64,000 bases of DNA from an uncultured bacterium (GTDB taxonomy: Bacteria; Actinomycetota; Actinomycetes; S36-B12; CAIKAW01), in NCBI GenBank assembly GCA_903825575.1, contig CAIKAW010000047.1:21891-85890 (forward strand). Direction: 5' to 3'. The notes below the pieces were generated by a model. That model did not search any database and was not told the DNA's origin. It was given only the letters and a program-made list of their open reading frames with translations. The position numbers and the translations under genes were made by a program. Below are positions 51,857 through 63,141 of the stretch, in pieces (the stretch's first letter is position 1; each line of letters opens with the position of its first letter).

Positions 51857-52786
51857 GTGACCGTGACAGGCGATGCCCACCTGAAGTGGGAAAACGGTCA
51901 TTGGTGGTGGTGGAGCGGAACGGCCTGGTCGTGGTGGAACGGCACCGACTGGGAACTGTTCGAGGCTGGCGAGCCGGTGGCCGAGGCCCTGCCCGAGCCG
52001 GTCTCCGAGGTCCTTACGCAGCCCGTCATCTCTCGGATTGCGTTGCCCGACGTGACACCTCCGGCAGCCACCTCGCTTACTGACCAGATGATCCCGTTCG
52101 ATTCGGCTTATCAAGCCCATTTATCGCCATCCATCAATGAGAAGACGATCACAATCCCGCGGGGTAACCACACCGGTCGACGAGTGCTTATCGGATTGGT
52201 GTTGTTGGCTTTGCTTGGTAGCGGAATCTACGCAGCGGTGGCGAAACTGCCGCCATTCAAGGCCAGCCCGCAGCCATCTGTCATCCCCACATCGTCGAAC
52301 AGCGCCAGTGCGACGAGCAGCAGCAACGCTGGAACTGCCCTTGGTCTTGGCTCATCGCTTAGCGACTTTCAAGTGGCCCACACGCTGGCACCGGGCTATC
52401 CAGCGGGCACCGCCTTCGACCCGGATCCCCAACTGCCAGCGCTCGGCGGCCAGCCAGGGGCACGTTTCTCGCTGGTGGTAGCAGCTTCCGGTCAGATCAC
52501 GTCGTACCGAATCACACTGGCTCCTGGATCGGACATCATCTCGGCCAAGGTCAAAGTTGCGGACACGCTGCCCAGCGATGCAGTGCAAGCCTGGGTCCAA
52601 GCCAAGAGTGCTTGTCTCATCGTTGGAATGACGTCTGCAGTAATCGGCACCAAAGTGGTCGCTGATCCATCCGGCGGAGTGATTGTGGTTTATCAGTCAG
52701 GCACGGTCACCTTCGATGCGACAAACGTTGTGACCGCCCGGGTCTACGCCGACGCAGCCAGCAACGAGCCGACTGGTTTGTGCTGA
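51857..52786 (+). CDS. membrane protein with Trp-rich N-terminal segment (hypothetical)
   Basis: GTG start at 51857 or 51863, after GGGAG. N-terminus KWENGHWWWWSGTAWSWWNGTDWELF, one transmembrane helix, and an extracytoplasmic Ser-rich linker plus domain. Confidence 0.6.
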   Translation: MTVTGDAHLKWENGHWWWWSGTAWSWWNGTDWELFEAGEPVAEALPEPVSEVLTQPVISRIALPDVTPPAATSLTDQMIPFDSAYQAHLSPSINEKTITIPRGNHTGRRVLIGLVLLALLGSGIYAAVAKLPPFKASPQPSVIPTSSNSASATSSSNAGTALGLGSSLSDFQVAHTLAPGYPAGTAFDPDPQLPALGGQPGARFSLVVAASGQITSYRITLAPGSDIISAKVKVADTLPSDAVQAWVQAKSACLIVGMTSAVIGTKVVADPSGGVIVVYQSGTVTFDATNVVTARVYADAASNEPTGLC

Positions 52787-52845
52787 GGTCGTTCGGACCG
52801 GGTCGCTGCCCAGGCAAGGCCCGTTCCTGACTAGTTCTACTACGG

Positions 52846-52890
52846 AAATCGCCAACTGCGCTTTCCTAGTGAATGCGTAGTTGGCGTTTC
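52846..52890. terminator. hairpin between convergent genes (W-rich protein gene and trpA)
   Basis: CGCCAACTGCG / CGTAGTTGGCG, an 11-bp stem (one G-U pair on the plus-strand RNA) flanked by AAAT and TTTC. Confidence 0.45.
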
Positions 52891-52939
52891 GCACATGCGG
52901 GTTAGGTGTCTCGGAAGCCCCGAGGCACTGGCGTTGACG

Positions 52940-53749
52940 TCAACGTGCCCGAACGCCTTCGGCCAACTCGGCAGCCAGACGACCGACGGCAGCAGCGCCG
53001 GCCGCTTCGTCGGGTGCATCAAGCAGAAGTCGCACAAATGCAGAACCGACGATCACTCCGTCAGCGAAAGCGGCCAGTTCAGCAGCCTGCGCGGCGTTCG
53101 AGACGCCGAGTCCGACCGCGATCGGCAAGTCCGTGACGGCCCGAGTTCGCGCCACCAACGTTTGCGCCGCACCCGATACCTGATTGCGAGTGCCCGTCAC
53201 GCCCATCGTCGACGCCGCGTAAACGAAACCGCTGCTAATGCTGGTGACTAGGGCCAATCGCGTGTCTGTGCTGCTCGGTGCAACCAGGAAGACCCGGTCG
53301 ATTCCGGCGCCGGACGTAGCCTCGATCCAGGGTCCGGCTTCTTCGGGAGTCAGGTCCGGTGTGATGACTCCGCTACCGCCAGCGGCGGCGAAATCGGATG
53401 CAAACCGTTCGACGCCATAGCGCGCAATGGGATTCCAATACGACATCACGAGAATGGCAGCGCCATCCGAAGTCGCACGCACCGATTCGATCAAGTCGGG
53501 CACTGTGCATCCTGCTGCTAGTGATGCTTCCACGGCCGCTTGGATGGTCCCGCCATCCATCACAGGATCCGAATACGGCATCCCGATTTCGACCGCGTCG
53601 ACCCCATTCGCCAACATCGCCTTGATCGCAGCGACTGCACCCGAAACCGACGGGTAGCCGGCGGGCAAGTACCCAATCAATGCTGCGCGATTCTCCGAAC
53701 GTGCCGTAGCAAACACCGCAGCAAGCCGACTCATCGTGGCATCGCTCAT
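52940..53749 (-). CDS. trpA: tryptophan synthase alpha chain
   Basis: I moved the start to ATG 53749, which forms ATGA with the trpB stop. YLPAGYP and PYSDPVMDG motifs. Confidence 0.92.
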   Translation of the reverse strand: MSDATMSRLAAVFATARSENRAALIGYLPAGYPSVSGAVAAIKAMLANGVDAVEIGMPYSDPVMDGGTIQAAVEASLAAGCTVPDLIESVRATSDGAAILVMSYWNPIARYGVERFASDFAAAGGSGVITPDLTPEEAGPWIEATSGAGIDRVFLVAPSSTDTRLALVTSISSGFVYAASTMGVTGTRNQVSGAAQTLVARTRAVTDLPIAVGLGVSNAAQAAELAAFADGVIVGSAFVRLLLDAPDEAAGAAAVGRLAAELAEGVRAR

Positions 53750-54963
53750 GGTGTCACCGTCTCGATGCCGAACCACTTCGCGGCGGTGTCGACATCCTTG
53801 TCGCCGCGGCCGCTCAGATTCACCAAGATGATTCCCTCTGGGCCAAGTCGCTTACCTAAGTAAATGGCGCCCGCTAATGCGTGCGCCGATTCGATCGCGG
53901 GAATGATGCCTTCGGTCCTGCATAGCAAAGCAAACGCATCCATCGCCTCGGTGTCGGTGATCGGGTGGTAGGCGGCTCGGCCGGTGTCGTGAAGAAATGC
54001 GTGCTCAGGACCGACCGACGGATAATCCAATCCAGCACTAATCGAGTGCGATTCAACAGTCTGGCCGTTCTCGTCCTGCATCACATAGGTGCGGGCGCCA
54101 TGTAGGACACCTGGAGAGCCGCCCGTTATCGACGCCGAATGCCTGCCAGTCTCGATGCCGTCGCCAGCCGCTTCGTAACCATGCAATTCAACGTCATGAT
54201 CGTCCAGGAACGCTGCGAAGATGCCAATCGCATTACTACCGCCCCCCACACACGCAGCAATCGCATCCGGCAAACGACCTGTGAGTTCCAGCACTTGGGT
54301 GCGAGCCTCGTCGCCAATTACTCGATGGAACTCGCGCACCATTTCAGGAAATGGTGCCGGACCGGCCACTGTGCCCAGCAAATAGTGCGTTGAATCGACA
54401 TTCGTCACCCAGTCGCGCATAGCTTCATTGATCGCGTCTTTAAGTGTGCGACTGCCGGCAGTTACCGGGATCACCTCAGCGCCAAGCAACCTCATACGCG
54501 CGACGTTGAGCGATTGCCGGTGCGTGTCGTCCTCACCCATGTAGACGACGCAATCGAGTCCCAACAAGGCCGCGGCGGTGGCCGTTGCGACGCCGTGTTG
54601 CCCCGCACCAGTTTCAGCAATGACCCGGGTCTTGCCCATCCGCTTGGCAAGCAAAGCCTGGCCCAGCACATTGTTGATCTTGTGCGATCCGGTGTGGTTG
54701 AGATCCTCACGCTTTAGCAGGACGCGCGCTCCCCCGGCGTGTTCGGCAAAACGTGGGGCTTCGGTCAGGATGCTCGGGCGGCCGGTGTAAGTGCGGTTCA
54801 AATGATCGAGCTGGGCCAGAAACAACGGATCAGCCTGAGCGGTGCGGAACTCCGCATCCAGTTGATCAAGTGCCGCCATTAACGCCTCGGGCACAAAGCG
54901 CCCACCGTACGGTCCGAAATGACCGCTGGAGTCAGGCGACGACATCGGACTATTGCCGGACAT
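53746..54963 (-). CDS. trpB: tryptophan synthase beta chain
   Basis: 405 aa with [24 protein letters not shown] and GGGSNAIG motifs. Confidence 0.95.
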   Translation of the reverse strand: MSGNSPMSSPDSSGHFGPYGGRFVPEALMAALDQLDAEFRTAQADPLFLAQLDHLNRTYTGRPSILTEAPRFAEHAGGARVLLKREDLNHTGSHKINNVLGQALLAKRMGKTRVIAETGAGQHGVATATAAALLGLDCVVYMGEDDTHRQSLNVARMRLLGAEVIPVTAGSRTLKDAINEAMRDWVTNVDSTHYLLGTVAGPAPFPEMVREFHRVIGDEARTQVLELTGRLPDAIAACVGGGSNAIGIFAAFLDDHDVELHGYEAAGDGIETGRHSASITGGSPGVLHGARTYVMQDENGQTVESHSISAGLDYPSVGPEHAFLHDTGRAAYHPITDTEAMDAFALLCRTEGIIPAIESAHALAGAIYLGKRLGPEGIILVNLSGRGDKDVDTAAKWFGIETVTP

Positions 54964-54965
54964 GA

Positions 54966-55775
54966 CTACGTCCGCCCGTGTCGAACAGCCGGGTGAGCCC
55001 CCGCGGTAACCAAGTCGTGAACAAGTTGGCGCGGGTCCTTGCCCGTCACCAGACTCTCGCCGACAAGAACCGCATCGGCACCGGCATTCGCATAGGCGAT
55101 CAAGTCATGCGGATCGCGGACGCCGGATTCAGCAATGCGGAGGCAATCAGAAGGTATGCGGGGTGCCAGCCGGGCAAACGTGGACCTGTCCACCTCAAGG
55201 TTGTGCAGATTGCGGGCGTTCACTCCGATCACGGTCGCGCCGGCATCGAGAGCACGCAGAACTTCGTCCTCATCATGAACTTCCACCAGCGGAGTCAGTC
55301 CGAGCGAAATCGCTCGTTCGATCAAACTCACGAGCACGGACTGCTCCAGCGCGGCGACGATCAACAGCGCAAGGTCGGCCCCGCAGGCGCGGGCCTCCCA
55401 CAGTTGGTAGGACGTCACGATGAAGTCCTTGCGCAACACAGGAACATCAACGGCGGCCCGAACCGCTTTGAGGTCGGCCAAACTTCCGCCAAACCGTCGC
55501 TGCTCAGTCAGCACGCTGATGCAATGTGCGCCGCCTGCTTCGTAATCGCGGGCTAGCGCAGATGGATCGCCAATCTCGGCCAGTTCACCGCGACTCGGAC
55601 TTGAGCGTTTAACTTCGGCGATGACCGATACACCTTCGACTCGAAGAGCCGCAGCGCCATCCAGCGCCTTGGGAGCAGCGGCAACCTTCTCTTTGAGCGA
55701 CTCGATCGGAACAAGATCTTGGCGCACGGCCAGATCGGCACGGACCCCCGCGACGATCTCTTCCAGCACGCTCAC
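54966..55775 (-). CDS. trpC: indole-3-glycerol phosphate synthase
   Basis: 269 aa with [11 protein letters not shown] and LRKDFI motifs. The start is GTG. Confidence 0.92.
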   Translation of the reverse strand: MSVLEEIVAGVRADLAVRQDLVPIESLKEKVAAAPKALDGAAALRVEGVSVIAEVKRSSPSRGELAEIGDPSALARDYEAGGAHCISVLTEQRRFGGSLADLKAVRAAVDVPVLRKDFIVTSYQLWEARACGADLALLIVAALEQSVLVSLIERAISLGLTPLVEVHDEDEVLRALDAGATVIGVNARNLHNLEVDRSTFARLAPRIPSDCLRIAESGVRDPHDLIAYANAGADAVLVGESLVTGKDPRQLVHDLVTAGAHPAVRHGRT

Positions 55776-55865
55776 GGCTACCCCGTCCCGTGGATTCGTC
55801 GGCGGTACCGGCGAAGCTTGAGGTCAATCTAGCCAGCGGCCTGCGCTGGGGCTTAAAGGGGGCGG

Positions 55866-56291
55866 TCAGTGGACCGAGCCGGATGCTAGAGCCGCCCCAA
55901 CGGGCAGATTGCGGATCAACATGAACAAGATTGCGATGGCAAGCAAGGCCAGTTCTTCCCTGGCCACTTCTCGGCGATCTCGCAGGGGGGCCGGCTCACC
56001 GCGCCATTCGCGCCGAAGCCAAAGCACCCACCCAAATGCGACGAATGGCAGCGCCAAAGCCACCAGTGCGTTGTGGTGCAAAGCCGCAGTGACGTGTCCA
56101 TGCGTTAGCGAATGAACCGCCCTCAGGCCGCCGCAGAATGGGCAGTCAAGTCCGGTCAAATACTTGGTGGGGCACAACGGGTAGTGGCCATGATTCGGGT
56201 CGACGAGGGCGACAAAAGTGGTTGCGGTAGCAAACCCAAAACCAATCAGCAGCGGCCGCCGGATTCGTAAGAACCGGGTCGGGCGCGGCAT
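55866..56291 (-). CDS. DUF2752-like membrane protein
   Basis: 141 aa with CPTKYLTGLDCPFCGGLRA, typical of DUF2752. Confidence 0.65.
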   Translation of the reverse strand: MPRPTRFLRIRRPLLIGFGFATATTFVALVDPNHGHYPLCPTKYLTGLDCPFCGGLRAVHSLTHGHVTAALHHNALVALALPFVAFGWVLWLRREWRGEPAPLRDRREVAREELALLAIAILFMLIRNLPVGAALASGSVH

Positions 56292-56301
56292 GGGCTTGGC
56301 G

Positions 56302-56529
56302 TCAGGCGACGACGTCGGAGTGAACCTGCTTGCCCATGCCCATCATGGCCATAACCTTGCCGACAATTGCGCCAACGGCTAGCAGCGCGATCCCAACCCA
56401 GAACAGCCAAGGCTTGGCCACCATCACGCCGATAGTGCCGACGAGGAAGCCAACAATCATGATGAGGACGGCAGTCCAAGCAGCCGGGGTGTTTCCGTGG
56501 TGATTCTCGCCGTGGTGCTCGGTCGACAT
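56302..56529 (-). CDS. HGxxPAAW-family small membrane protein
   Basis: ATG 56529 is preceded by AAGGAG. The sequence is MSTEHHGENHHGNTPAAWTAVLIMIVGF... with two transmembrane helices. Confidence 0.65.
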   Translation of the reverse strand: MSTEHHGENHHGNTPAAWTAVLIMIVGFLVGTIGVMVAKPWLFWVGIALLAVGAIVGKVMAMMGMGKQVHSDVVA

Positions 56530-56634
56530 CTCGCTCCTTGTTGGTGACGCCCGGTGCGGGTGGCCCAATGATGCCATCTCGGGGGGTAGCGACTGACAAC
56601 AGTGCCGCCGTGGTCACACAGGCTCGGGCCCGTT

Positions 56635-57216
56635 TCACACAGTCGGGTCGTGCCCGGACTCCAGCGTCGACCATAGGTCGTCAGCGGCGCCAGCGGAGGC
56701 TGCTGCTGAAGCAGGGTCGCCGACCGGATCAGCGATGCCCTGGGCAGCCGCACCGTGCGCTAGGGCGCTTGGATCGATTCCCGTGGCCAGAACGATCAGC
56801 AGACCTGCGACCACAAGCACGCCACAGCACGTTGCCGCCACATACGGCCAGGGCGTGATGTGCCCGGCCACAGTGCCGCTCGCCCCTGTCCCCGCCAGGC
56901 GCACAGCACCTCGTGGATCGACCACTCGGGAGAGCAACAGGGCGACAGCGCCCATCTGAATCAAAGCCAGCAGCCCGGCAAGCATCCGACGCCACCAACC
57001 CTTGGTGAGCACGATGGCCGCCGCTCCCGCTAGGCCAAGCAACCCGAAGGCGGCCGACGCCGGTGCGACGCTGTGGCCGCCCAGCGACACGTGAACGACA
57101 GGCAGCCCAGTCTCGGTAATTGTGCCGACAATCCACTCGCGCCCAGCCGCAAATAGCAATCCCGCTGAGCCAACGACCATGAGCAACCAGCCCACAGTGA
57201 AATAGCGTCGGTTCAT
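56635..57216 (-). CDS. Trp-operon-associated membrane protein
   Basis: 193 aa, polytopic. It sits in the conserved actinobacterial position directly after trpE, and its start overlaps the trpE stop. Confidence 0.7.
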   Translation of the reverse strand: MNRRYFTVGWLLMVVGSAGLLFAAGREWIVGTITETGLPVVHVSLGGHSVAPASAAFGLLGLAGAAAIVLTKGWWRRMLAGLLALIQMGAVALLLSRVVDPRGAVRLAGTGASGTVAGHITPWPYVAATCCGVLVVAGLLIVLATGIDPSALAHGAAAQGIADPVGDPASAAASAGAADDLWSTLESGHDPTV

Positions 57217-58742
57217 GCGATCGGCTCGATCGCGCCAGCCATGGCGATAGCCCGCAATACCGCTGCGGCCTTGTTCTCACACTCTGCGTGCTCGCTTTCG
57301 GGCACGGAGTCGGCGACAATCCCGGCCCCAGCTTGCACGTAGGCGATGCCATCACGAAGTAACGCAGTTCGGATCGCAATCGCCATGTCTAGGTCACCGG
57401 CAAAGTCGAAGTAGCCCACGGCTCCGGCATACAAGCCTCGACGAGCCGGCTCGAGTTCTTCGATCAACTCCATCGCCCGAGGTTTTGGGGCCCCGGACAG
57501 TGTCCCAGCGGGGAAGGTTGCACGCAGTAAGTCATAGGCGCACAACTTTGGATCAAGTTGGCCAACGACCGTCGAGACCAAGTGCATAACGTGGCTGTAG
57601 CGCTCGACCTGCATGAAGTCGATAACCTCAACGCTGCCCGGCCGACAGACTCGGCCTAGATCGTTGCGTCCGAGGTCCACCAACATCAGATGTTCGGCTC
57701 GTTCCTTCTCATCTGCAAGAAGTTCATCGCCCAGCGCAGCATCAAGTTGCGGAGTAGCTCCGCGGGGACGCGTACCCGCGATCGGATGCATAACCGCCCG
57801 CCCGCCCGTCAGAGTCACCAGCGCCTCGGGGCTCGAACCGATGACATCGAAACCCACTTGGTCGAGCCCGTCCGGGTGAGGGAAGCGGATCAGGTACATG
57901 TACGGGCTCGGGTTGGATTGGCGCAACACTCGGTAGATATCCAAAGCTGTGGCCGAGGTCGGCGTCTGGAAGCGTTGCGAGACAACGACTTGGAAGGCCT
58001 CGCCAGCCGCGATCTCTTCTTTCACGCGGGCCACTGCGGCCAAGTAGTCCGGCTTCGGTGTCCGCGCAGTCACACTCTGCGTCGGATTCGAACCGAAGAC
58101 CGACACGGTTGAACTGATCGGTTCAGCTAGGTCGGCCTGCATACGATCAAGGCGTTCGACAGCATCCGTCCACGCCCAATCGACCCGGTCGCTTGACGCG
58201 TCATAGTTGACTGCATTGGCTATAAGCAGAACGGACCCGTCTGAATGGTCGAGCACTGCCAGATCAGTAGCGAACAGAAAAGACAGTTCGGGGACGTGCA
58301 ATTCATCAGGTAGCAGGTCGGGCAACCGCTCAAACCGGCGCACCGCGTCGTACGACAGCATCCCCACCATGCCGCCAGTAAGCGTTGGCAGGCCCGGTAG
58401 TGGTTCGGTCTGCAACAGTTCGACCGTTGCCCGTAAAGCTTCCAGTGGGTCGCCCGACATGGGCACTCCAACCGGCGCCTTCCCTAGCCATTGGGCTCGC
58501 CCGTTGCGTTCGGTCAGGACTGCGGCGCTGCGCACTCCTATGAACGAGTAGCGCGACCAAGAACGGCCGTGCTCGGCGGACTCAAGGAGAAAGGTCCCGG
58601 GTCGCTCTTTCGCCAGCCGCCGGTACAGACCAACCGCGGTTTCACCGTCGGCCAAGAGTTTGCGAACAACAGGCACCACACGTCGGACAGCAGCAAGTTC
58701 GCGGAATGTCGCCAAGTCTGGCGAGACTGATTGACCGTTCAT
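57213..58742 (-). CDS. trpE: anthranilate synthase component I
   Basis: 509 aa with LLESAE and [20 protein letters not shown] motifs. Confidence 0.94.
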   Translation of the reverse strand: MNGQSVSPDLATFRELAAVRRVVPVVRKLLADGETAVGLYRRLAKERPGTFLLESAEHGRSWSRYSFIGVRSAAVLTERNGRAQWLGKAPVGVPMSGDPLEALRATVELLQTEPLPGLPTLTGGMVGMLSYDAVRRFERLPDLLPDELHVPELSFLFATDLAVLDHSDGSVLLIANAVNYDASSDRVDWAWTDAVERLDRMQADLAEPISSTVSVFGSNPTQSVTARTPKPDYLAAVARVKEEIAAGEAFQVVVSQRFQTPTSATALDIYRVLRQSNPSPYMYLIRFPHPDGLDQVGFDVIGSSPEALVTLTGGRAVMHPIAGTRPRGATPQLDAALGDELLADEKERAEHLMLVDLGRNDLGRVCRPGSVEVIDFMQVERYSHVMHLVSTVVGQLDPKLCAYDLLRATFPAGTLSGAPKPRAMELIEELEPARRGLYAGAVGYFDFAGDLDMAIAIRTALLRDGIAYVQAGAGIVADSVPESEHAECENKAAAVLRAIAMAGAIEPIA

Positions 58743-59119
58743 GCCGGTTCCGCTTTCAGTGGCAATGTGCGTCCGTCAAAACAAGTGCGGGTGCCCTCAT
58801 GGCAAGCGACGCCTTGCTGTTCGACTTTTAGCAGCAGCGTGTCTCCATCACAGTCCAGTGACACTTCGCGAATCTGCTGCGGGTTGCCCGAGGTCTCACC
58901 CTTAACCCAGTATTCGCCGCGCGATCGGCTCCAGTAGGTAGCGCGACCGGTTGTCAACGTCCGATGTAGCGCTTCGTCATCCAACCAAGCGAGCATGAGT
59001 ACCTCGCCGGTGTCCCATTGCTGCACGATGGCGGGGATCAGACCCTCGGGATTGCGGCGTAACTGATCAGCGATCGTCGGATCAAGCGGCGAGGGCGGAA
59101 GCTGGACTGTCATGGCCAC
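58739..59119 (-). CDS. hisI: phosphoribosyl-AMP cyclohydrolase
   Basis: 126 aa with [16 protein letters not shown] and CDGD motifs. It overlaps the trpE start. Confidence 0.92.
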   Translation of the reverse strand: MAMTVQLPPSPLDPTIADQLRRNPEGLIPAIVQQWDTGEVLMLAWLDDEALHRTLTTGRATYWSRSRGEYWVKGETSGNPQQIREVSLDCDGDTLLLKVEQQGVACHEGTRTCFDGRTLPLKAEPA

Positions 59120-59157
59120 ATTGTGCCGGTTGGTCTACTAGCGCCTAGCATCGGCAG

Positions 59158-59787
59158 ATGTCCTCCTTAGCCGCGACCGAACGCGCCTCCCTTTGCGACC
59201 TGCTAACCGAGTTGGGCCCTGACGCGCCGACACTTTGCGAAGGTTGGACCACCCGCGACCTCGCAGCCCATCTGATTGTCCGCGAGGGGCGTCCGGACGC
59301 AGTGCCGGGTGTTCTAATCAGCATTTTCGCTGGGCACACCAAGAGCGTGCAGGATGCAGTAGCTATCCGACCCTACGAAGAACTAGTTTCGAAGGTTCGA
59401 AGCGGGCCGCCGCTGTGGAATCCGATGCGGATTGGTCCGATCGCAGACGCCGTCAACAGCTTGGAATTCCTGGTCCATCACGAAGATGCGCGACGCGGTT
59501 CCCCGGATTGGGTGCCGCGCGAGTTGCCCGCTGAAGTTCAGGACCAGGCATGGTCGCGACTACTGCGCGTGGCCAAGTTGAATTTCAAGTCGAGCCCGGT
59601 TGGAGTTGTTTTGCGGCGCCCTGACGGTACGACGTCTACTGCGCGCAAGGGCGATGCGGTCGTGACCTTGACCGGAGATCCGGTCGAACTGGTGCTCGTC
59701 GCGTTCGGGCGCACGGCAAACCAAGTTCGCATCGATGGTGACGCGGATGACATTGCCCGCTTTAAAGCGAGCAAGCGCGGAATCTGA
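59158..59787 (+). CDS. DinB/mycothiol-dependent maleylpyruvate isomerase-like metal-binding protein (TIGR03085-like)
   Basis: 209 aa, ER..L.DLL..LGPDAPTLCEGWTTRDLAAHL. Confidence 0.65.
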   Translation: MSSLAATERASLCDLLTELGPDAPTLCEGWTTRDLAAHLIVREGRPDAVPGVLISIFAGHTKSVQDAVAIRPYEELVSKVRSGPPLWNPMRIGPIADAVNSLEFLVHHEDARRGSPDWVPRELPAEVQDQAWSRLLRVAKLNFKSSPVGVVLRRPDGTTSTARKGDAVVTLTGDPVELVLVAFGRTANQVRIDGDADDIARFKASKRGI

Positions 59788-59810
59788 GCCGCTGGAATCT
59801 AAACAGCGGT

Positions 59811-60572
59811 TTAGCGGACCGGACGACCCGCGGCTGCCAAGGCACCCTTAATGTCAGCGATTCGAAGGGTGCCAAAGTGCAGAACGCTGGCTGCCAGCAC
59901 CGCGTCCGCGCCGGCTGCAATCGCCGGCTCGAAGTCAGCAAGCGATCCAGCTCCTCCGCTGGCGATGATCGGAACGCGGACTACTGGGCGCACGGCCCGG
60001 ATCAACTCAAGGTCGTAGCCGGCCGTCGTGCCGTCAGCATCCATGGCGTTTAGCAGCACTTCGCCGGCGCCAAGTTCGGTCGCTCGCCGAGCCCACACGA
60101 CTGCGTCTATCCCGGTACCGGTGCGCCCGCCGTGCGTGGTGACCTCGAAACCACTATCGGTTGTTGCACAACGACGAGCGTCAACCGAGATCACAATGCA
60201 CTGAGCACCGAACCGGTCGCTGGCTTCGGTCAGGAATTCAGGTCGGTCGAGTGCGGCCGTGTTTACTCCGACCTTGTCGGCACCGGCTCGCAGGAGCCGA
60301 TCAATGTCGGCCACGGTCCGCACCCCGCCACCTACCGTCAGCGGAATCGACAGCATTTCAGCGGTACGGCGCACAACGCCCAGCGTGGTTTCCCGATTGC
60401 TGCTGCTCGCGGTGATGTCGAGGAAGACGATCTCATCAGCACCTTCCGCGTCATAGAACGCGGCCAGTTCGACCGGGTCTCCTGCGTCGCGAAGGGAGGC
60501 AAAGTTGACGCCTTTGACAACGCGACCTGCGTCGACATCCAGGCACGGGATCACCCGCACTGCCACCGTCAC
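59811..60572 (-). CDS. hisF: imidazole glycerol phosphate synthase cyclase subunit
   Basis: 253 aa with VIPCLDV and [15 protein letters not shown] motifs. Confidence 0.94.
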   Translation of the reverse strand: MTVAVRVIPCLDVDAGRVVKGVNFASLRDAGDPVELAAFYDAEGADEIVFLDITASSSNRETTLGVVRRTAEMLSIPLTVGGGVRTVADIDRLLRAGADKVGVNTAALDRPEFLTEASDRFGAQCIVISVDARRCATTDSGFEVTTHGGRTGTGIDAVVWARRATELGAGEVLLNAMDADGTTAGYDLELIRAVRPVVRVPIIASGGAGSLADFEPAIAAGADAVLAASVLHFGTLRIADIKGALAAAGRPVR

Positions 60573-61303
60573 AAGTCCACCTCAGCGACGGCTACCAACG
60601 CCTCGCGCAGCGTGAAAGCCTGCGCGTACAGCGCCTTGCCGACAATCGCAGCCTCAACGCCGATAGGTCGCAGCGCTGCTAGAACACGCAGGTCTGCCAA
60701 TGTGGAGACACCGCCACTGGCCACCACCGGTCTGCTGGTGGCAGCACACACGCTCGCTAGCAGCTCGAGGTTTGGGCCCGTCAGCGTTCCATCACGGTTT
60801 ACATCGGTCACGACGTAGCGAGCGCAACCTTCGGCATCCAGGCGGGCCAGGGTTTGAAACAACTCCCCGCCGTCTTGGGTCCAGCCCCGTGCCGACAAGG
60901 TGGTCCCACGCACGTCAAGCCCCACGGCTACCCGGTCGCCGAATTCCGCGATCGCGCCCGCGCACCATTGCGGATTTTCAAGGGCGGCGGTGCCGATATT
61001 TACTCGATGGCAGCCCGTTGACAGTGCGGCCCGCAGCGACTCATCGTCGCGAATCCCACCGGACATCTCGACCCGAACATCAAGGCGACCAACGACATCG
61101 GCCAACAGGTCGCGATTCGAGCCTCTTCCGAACGCTGCATCCAAGTCAACTAGGTGAATCCAGGTTGCGCCCTGTTCCTGCCACGCCAACGCTGCATCCA
61201 GCGGACTGCCATAGTCGGTTTCTGAGCCGGCGGCGCCTTGGACTAACCGCACTGCGCGCCCATCGGACACGTCTACGGCCGGGAGCAGCTCGAATGCGTC
61301 CAC
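60569..61303 (-). CDS. hisA: ProFAR isomerase of the actinobacterial HisA/PriA type (possibly dual HisA/TrpF)
   Basis: 244 aa with LLPAVDV and the (beta-alpha)8 barrel pattern, located between hisH and hisF. Confidence 0.9.
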   Translation of the reverse strand: MDAFELLPAVDVSDGRAVRLVQGAAGSETDYGSPLDAALAWQEQGATWIHLVDLDAAFGRGSNRDLLADVVGRLDVRVEMSGGIRDDESLRAALSTGCHRVNIGTAALENPQWCAGAIAEFGDRVAVGLDVRGTTLSARGWTQDGGELFQTLARLDAEGCARYVVTDVNRDGTLTGPNLELLASVCAATSRPVVASGGVSTLADLRVLAALRPIGVEAAIVGKALYAQAFTLREALVAVAEVDL

Positions 61304-61924
61304 TTATGCCTCCGTCAGAGTGTTCACCCAGTTGGTAAGCAACCGAGCCCCAGCCGCACCGGACTTCTCCGGATGAAACTGGGTCGCAACAACCGGGCCG
61401 TCTTCGACGGCAGCTAGGAACCGTGAGCCATGTTCGGCCCAGGTCAGCAGGGCCGCCCTTCCAGTCCAATGCTGCACAGCAAACGAGTGAACAAAGTAGA
61501 ACCGTTCACCACCGACTCCCGCGAATAAGCGGGATTCGGCTGGCGCCGCGACAGTGTTCCAGCCCATGTGCGGAAGAACCGGAGCTACCAGTGGTTCGAC
61601 GACACCGGGCCAGATCGCAATTCCGGCGCCGTCATTGCCATGCTCGACGCCGCTTGCGAATAGAACTTGCATGCCAACGCAGATTCCGAACACTGGGCGA
61701 CCGGCCGCCACGCGTGCGGCTACCAGCTGCGGGCCCCCGACACCCCTCAGGCCTGCCATGCAGGCGCCAAATGCCCCGACGCCGGGTACAACTAGTCCGT
61801 CGCATTCGGCCGCCAGGGTTGAATCCGCTGTGACCATTACCTCGGCGCCCGCCGCCACCAAGGCGCGTTCAGCCGAACGTAGATTGCCGGACCCGTAGTC
61901 GAGCACGACGACTTTTGGCGCCAC
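61304..61924 (-). CDS. hisH: imidazole glycerol phosphate synthase glutaminase subunit
   Basis: 206 aa with VPGVGAF and GICVGMQ motifs. Confidence 0.93.
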   Translation of the reverse strand: MAPKVVVLDYGSGNLRSAERALVAAGAEVMVTADSTLAAECDGLVVPGVGAFGACMAGLRGVGGPQLVAARVAAGRPVFGICVGMQVLFASGVEHGNDGAGIAIWPGVVEPLVAPVLPHMGWNTVAAPAESRLFAGVGGERFYFVHSFAVQHWTGRAALLTWAEHGSRFLAAVEDGPVVATQFHPEKSGAAGARLLTNWVNTLTEA

Positions 61925-61926
61925 CG

Positions 61927-62514
61927 CTACAACGATCCCTTCGTTGATGGCACACCCATGACACGCGGGTCTATAGCAACGGCCGCCCGCAAGGCACGGG
62001 CAACTGCCTTGAATTGAGCCTCAACAATGTGGTGAGCGTTGCGTCCAGAAATCACTCGCACGTGCAAACAGATTCCGGACCCGGCGACGAACGACTCCCA
62101 GATGTGGCGAGTCAAGGTCGTGTCGTACGTACCAATCAGTTCGACCAGATCGGGTTCGTCGTGAACCAAGTACGGACGGCCAGAAACGTCCACGACGGCC
62201 TGCACCAGAGTCTCATCAAGTGGCACCAGCGTGTCGGCAAAGCGAACCAGTCCAACCTTGTCGCCTAATGCCTGCTTGAATGCCTGGCCAAGTGCAATCG
62301 CGGTGTCTTCGACGCTGTGATGAGCGTCGATATGTAAATCACCTTTGGTGCTCACCACTAGATCAAGGCCACCGTGGCGGCCAAGTTGGTCGAGCATGTG
62401 GTCGAAGAACGGGACACCCGTGGAGATCTGGGTCTGGCCCGTACCGTCCAGATCTAATTCGACCAGAACATTGCTCTCCTTGGTAACGCGTTCAACCCGA
62501 CCCGTGCGACTCAC
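61927..62514 (-). CDS. hisB: imidazoleglycerol-phosphate dehydratase
   Basis: 195 aa with FFDHML and HHSVED motifs. Confidence 0.93.
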   Translation of the reverse strand: MSRTGRVERVTKESNVLVELDLDGTGQTQISTGVPFFDHMLDQLGRHGGLDLVVSTKGDLHIDAHHSVEDTAIALGQAFKQALGDKVGLVRFADTLVPLDETLVQAVVDVSGRPYLVHDEPDLVELIGTYDTTLTRHIWESFVAGSGICLHVRVISGRNAHHIVEAQFKAVARALRAAVAIDPRVMGVPSTKGSL

Positions 62515-62544
62515 CCTGACTCCTTTACGAGATTCGAATTCATA

Positions 62545-63141
62545 TCAGCCGCCCGGGTGGAGCAACTCGTGTAGCACCGGACGCACATCCAGTGAAACCC
62601 ATACGACCAAGGCTCCGATCGGCCACCCCGTGATAGCCACTAGGGAGCGCAATTTGAGTGCGGCTAGGAGGTGAACTCCGTCGGCTAGGTGCTTGGCCGC
62701 CGTTAACGGATCAGCATGCCCGATTACGGAGCCAGTCACTGCGGTGATCGCCGCACCCGCCAGACCTCCTAGCACTAGCCCGAGAACAACCCCGAGACCA
62801 GCGCCCGGGACCCGCCATCGTGCGATTGCGCCCGAGACCAGTCCAGCCACGAATACAACGGCGAAGAACATCGCATCAGCGCCCATGAATCCGGCCGGTT
62901 CGGCCGCCACGAAATCAACTGAGTGGCCCGTAACGACCAGTGCCACTCTCGGGGCGAAAGCGGCCCAACAAGCGCCGGCAAGCAAACCCAACAACGCTGA
63001 ACCTGTAACCACGCGGGCGAAATCTGGCAACTCGCCCCGTTGGAGCCACGGTTCGGGCAGCAACTGTTCGTCATCTGCTATCCCAATGGGATCTTCGTCG
63101 CTCACGATGCAGACAACACCGGGTCGACCGAGCCTAGACAA
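62545..63141 (-). CDS. polytopic membrane protein (hypothetical)
   Basis: 198 aa with about four hydrophobic helices. An alternative GTG start at 63105 forms GTGA with the dnaE stop. Confidence 0.55.
   Translation of the reverse strand: MSRLGRPGVVCIVSDEDPIGIADDEQLLPEPWLQRGELPDFARVVTGSALLGLLAGACWAAFAPRVALVVTGHSVDFVAAEPAGFMGADAMFFAVVFVAGLVSGAIARWRVPGAGLGVVLGLVLGGLAGAAITAVTGSVIGHADPLTAAKHLADGVHLLAALKLRSLVAITGWPIGALVVWVSLDVRPVLHELLHPGG

Noticed and set aside
56246-57379. ORFs 56246..56674, 56457..56753 and 56729..57379 on the minus strand, overlapping the HGxxPAAW and Trp-associated membrane protein genes.
   Set aside because: They are alternative frames of the same DNA with Arg/Pro-rich low-complexity products. 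The chosen frames give coherent transmembrane proteins with RBS-supported or overlap-coupled starts.
58700-58800. A trp leader peptide or attenuator upstream of trpE.
   Set aside because: The trpE start overlaps the hisI stop (58739-58742). There is no leader region and no tandem-Trp mini-ORF.
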